Source: Lobosporangium transversale (lineage: Eukaryota). From it: a stretch of 64,000 bases of DNA. Below the pieces are notes generated by a model. The model was not told the DNA's origin. It did no database searches and saw only the letters and a program-made list of their open reading frames with translations. Position 1 is the first letter of the stretch. Every line of letters starts with the position of its first letter. Where the stretch lies: NCBI RefSeq assembly GCF_002105155.1, contig NW_019029022.1, positions 248,001 to 312,000 of the forward strand, given 5' to 3'. Below are positions 61,487-64,000 of the stretch, in pieces. Made by a program: the position numbers and the translations under genes.

Positions 61487-62592
61487 ATGGGACACAAACG
61501 AAAAAAGTTTTCTGAACGTGTGGCCGAGAGAAACGCCAGAGGGTACGATAACAATGCAGCTATCAGAAAAGCACTATAAGCAAAGGATTTTACGCTTGAA
61601 TCTCACCTTTTTATTTATTATTTATTATTTTATTCTTCATTTTTATTATCAATATCAGATTCAACGAATCACCATTCAAAAATGCTGCTTCAGATACGCC
61701 AAAGGCATTTTCAAGGATTATGTTCAAGAAGGAATCGATTGAAAAGAAGAGAGAGGAGCAGAAAAGAAATAATAAATCAGTATCAAGCACAGATCATGGT
61801 CGTACAAAGACTGGCGCCAACCATAACAGCAATAAACTCAATGACAAAGAGAATGGTAAGAAACATTCAACTGAAGAACTCAGGATCAAGCCTAATGAAA
61901 AGATGAGCGAATTTTCACGGCGTGTGGATGAATTCATGCGAGATAAATTGATGAAGGCAACAATGGACAACACCTCAAAGGGATCCAAGAAAAAAAAGTA
62001 GGTTTATCTATTATGTGAATAGGACATGCCTTTCGACATATATTTTTATACGTCCATACTAAACAATGAAAGCTTTTTTTTTTTTTTTTCTAAAAAAAAA
62101 AAAAAAAAAAAAAGATATTTTGAAAAACTCAAAGAAAAGGAAAAGGCTAAAAAGCTTAAGGCGCAGGAAGAAAAAGCGTACGAAGAGTTTGAGACTATCA
62201 AGGATAAAGTTCGACTGAATGAAATTGCTGACGCACCACCAACTTTGACAGCACTTCCCAAAAAGCGCAAGAATGACGATTTTATGGTCAACAAACAATG
62301 GAAGAATACTCCTGGAGAGGAAGATTATGATGATATAGTGGCTGAAGTTACCAATAAGGAGAAGAAGCGGAAAACCGATGCCAGTAGCGATGATCCCATG
62401 TCAACTACTGCCAAGAAATCTTCGCGGCTTAAGAGTTTGACGCCTGCTGGCAGGCGTATCATTGAGGAGGAACGGAAAAAGGCCATTGAAAACTATAGAT
62501 TGATGAAGGCACGGAAGGCCCTTGAAAGGGATACCGAGCTGGATGAGGATGCTATCGCAGATGATGCGGAAGCAGCAGCAGTGGGATTTTGA
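61487..62592 (+). CDS. CCDC137-like basic coiled-coil nucleolar protein, 3 exons
   Basis: MGHKRKK..., DTPKAFSRIM, LRIKPNEKMSEFSRRVD, DKVRLNEIADAPPTL and RRIIEEERKKAIENYRLMK blocks resemble the CCDC137 family. Confidence 0.75.
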
Positions 62593-62694
62593 TTTTCTTG
62601 ATTTTTTTTTTTTTTTTTTTTTTTTTGAAGGATACATCTATACAATAAACAATAGTATGTCGATGTTGCATATTCGAAAAAATGGTGATATACT

Positions 62695-63980
62695 CTATGC
62701 TCGCCGCACGTACTTTCCAGTCTCAGTATCAACCACGACTCGATCACCAATATTGACAAAATCAGGGACTTGCACCCTAATGCCATTATCAAGGTCTGCA
62801 TTCTTATATACGGTTCCCTTATTGGTCTGTGCGGCTGAAGGATAGGCCTCTTTAACCACAAAGGTTGCTTGTGTCGGCAATTTGATAGAAATTGGTTGTT
62901 CAGGCTCGTCGGGACCAGATTGGTAGAGAGACAAATGTACTATCATGTCTTGCTGAAGCATTGGGATCTGTTTCTCTACATGTCCCGTAATATAAGTAAT
63001 GCGAGTCGCAGGGAGAATAGAACGTTAAAGTTCAATGAAGAGAATATGAGAAAAATAAGCTTTGATCGCTGTGAAATTTACCTTCCATGACTGACTCGGA
63101 TACTTCATACATTTCAAATGTATCGGGATCCATCAGATGAATTTGACCATCATTTCTGTAGAGGAACTGACACTTGCGGTCATTTAACTCGGTCACCTCG
63201 ACCATATCATCAGATCGAAATCGCTCTGTATGCTTAGTTCCCGAAAGAAGATCTTGAAGTTCAAGCTTTTTTTTAAAAAAATAAAAAAAATAAAAATAAA
63301 AATAAAAATAAAAAAAAAACGCTTTATCTGTGAATTTCTCGTGTTGAATAATTAAGCTGGTCAATCACATCTTGGCTCATCAATCATCGCCTTTTTTACC
63401 TTGACGGTCGAAGTGCCACGTCCCATCTATTGTGGAAATTGGAAGGGAAGAGCGTGACTCCTTTGATCTTACAAAAAAAATACGATCTTCTACACACAGT
63501 TTTGTCCAAGCCCAAGTATTGTTCGATTCATTTGGTCACAATACAATTCATTGATTATATTTTAGGCTTTGAGCGATGATTAAAAGAATACCGCCAATTA
63601 TAACAAATGAAATGGACCGCGACCAAATGAGCCGGATAAAATTTCTTAGAAAAACCTCTTACAACAGATGTTTCGCGCTTAAGGACGATGGAAAGCGTGT
63701 TGTTCATTTCAACGACATATCCCTTGCGGACTTGTAGAACGTTCGTCTTGAATCCATGCTTCTGATCTTGTGCAAGAGCTCTATATACTGGGAGTGCTGA
63801 TCTCTAGAAAAAAAAAAAAAAAAAAAAAAGGTATAAAATAAAGTGAACCAACTCATATTTTTTTACGAACTTGAATTTACAATCCCATTAGCAGTGGTAT
63901 CTTGTTCTTACCTGCAAAGCGATAGTTTGACGGCTATGACAAAGTCCAAGAGCCGCTCTGAAGATTCGTGAACGAAGCAT
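62695..63980 (-). CDS. efp: Bacterial-type translation elongation factor P with predicted mitochondrial presequence (233 aa, 5 exons)
   Basis: Exons 63980-63912, 63803-63663, 63426-63400, 63265-63082 and 62975-62695 (702 nt, all GT-AG, in phase). Domain I VRKGYVV..MGRGTSTVKLELQDLLSG....RFRSDD; domain II QFLY.....HLMDPDTFE; domain III signature KNADLDNGIRVQVPDFVNIGDRVVVDTETGKYVRRA. Confidence 0.93.
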
Positions 63981-64000
63981 GCTTGGTTAATGTGAAATGT

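Noticed and set aside
62695..63980. EF-P as bacterial or endosymbiont contamination
   Set aside because: It has four spliceosomal introns with host-type homopolymers, a presequence, and is contiguous with fungal genes.

Overview
Eukaryotic, intron-rich fungal genomic DNA. The gene set, a Crinkler-type remnant and retention of Integrator point to an early-diverging fungus, most likely Mortierellaceae/Mucoromycota (inference). About 18 compact genes were reconstructed by hand from splice sites: P4-ATPase flippase, V-ATPase subunit A (no intein), Integrator subunit 7, REI1, an orphan membrane protein, adenylate cyclase, TAPT1/EMP65, PAN2 (GC-AG intron, poly-Q tail), SMC5, PET112/GatB, a USP-domain protein, an NDP-glucose 4,6-dehydratase, a small membrane protein, UPF1, eIF2D/TMA64, ATP synthase subunit e, a CCDC137-like protein and bacterial-type elongation factor P. 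Three observations stand out. (1) A complete 5-exon EF-P gene has a mitochondrial-type presequence, and its functional Arg loop (MGRG) sits on a 27-nt microexon missed by the ORF track. (2) An INTS7 orthologue appears C-terminally shortened. (3) A decayed Crinkler effector header lies between SMC5 and PET112. Introns are full of 20-35 nt A/T homopolymers, and TCACGTGA recurs in promoters. All family assignments come from motif recognition by eye; no searches were run.
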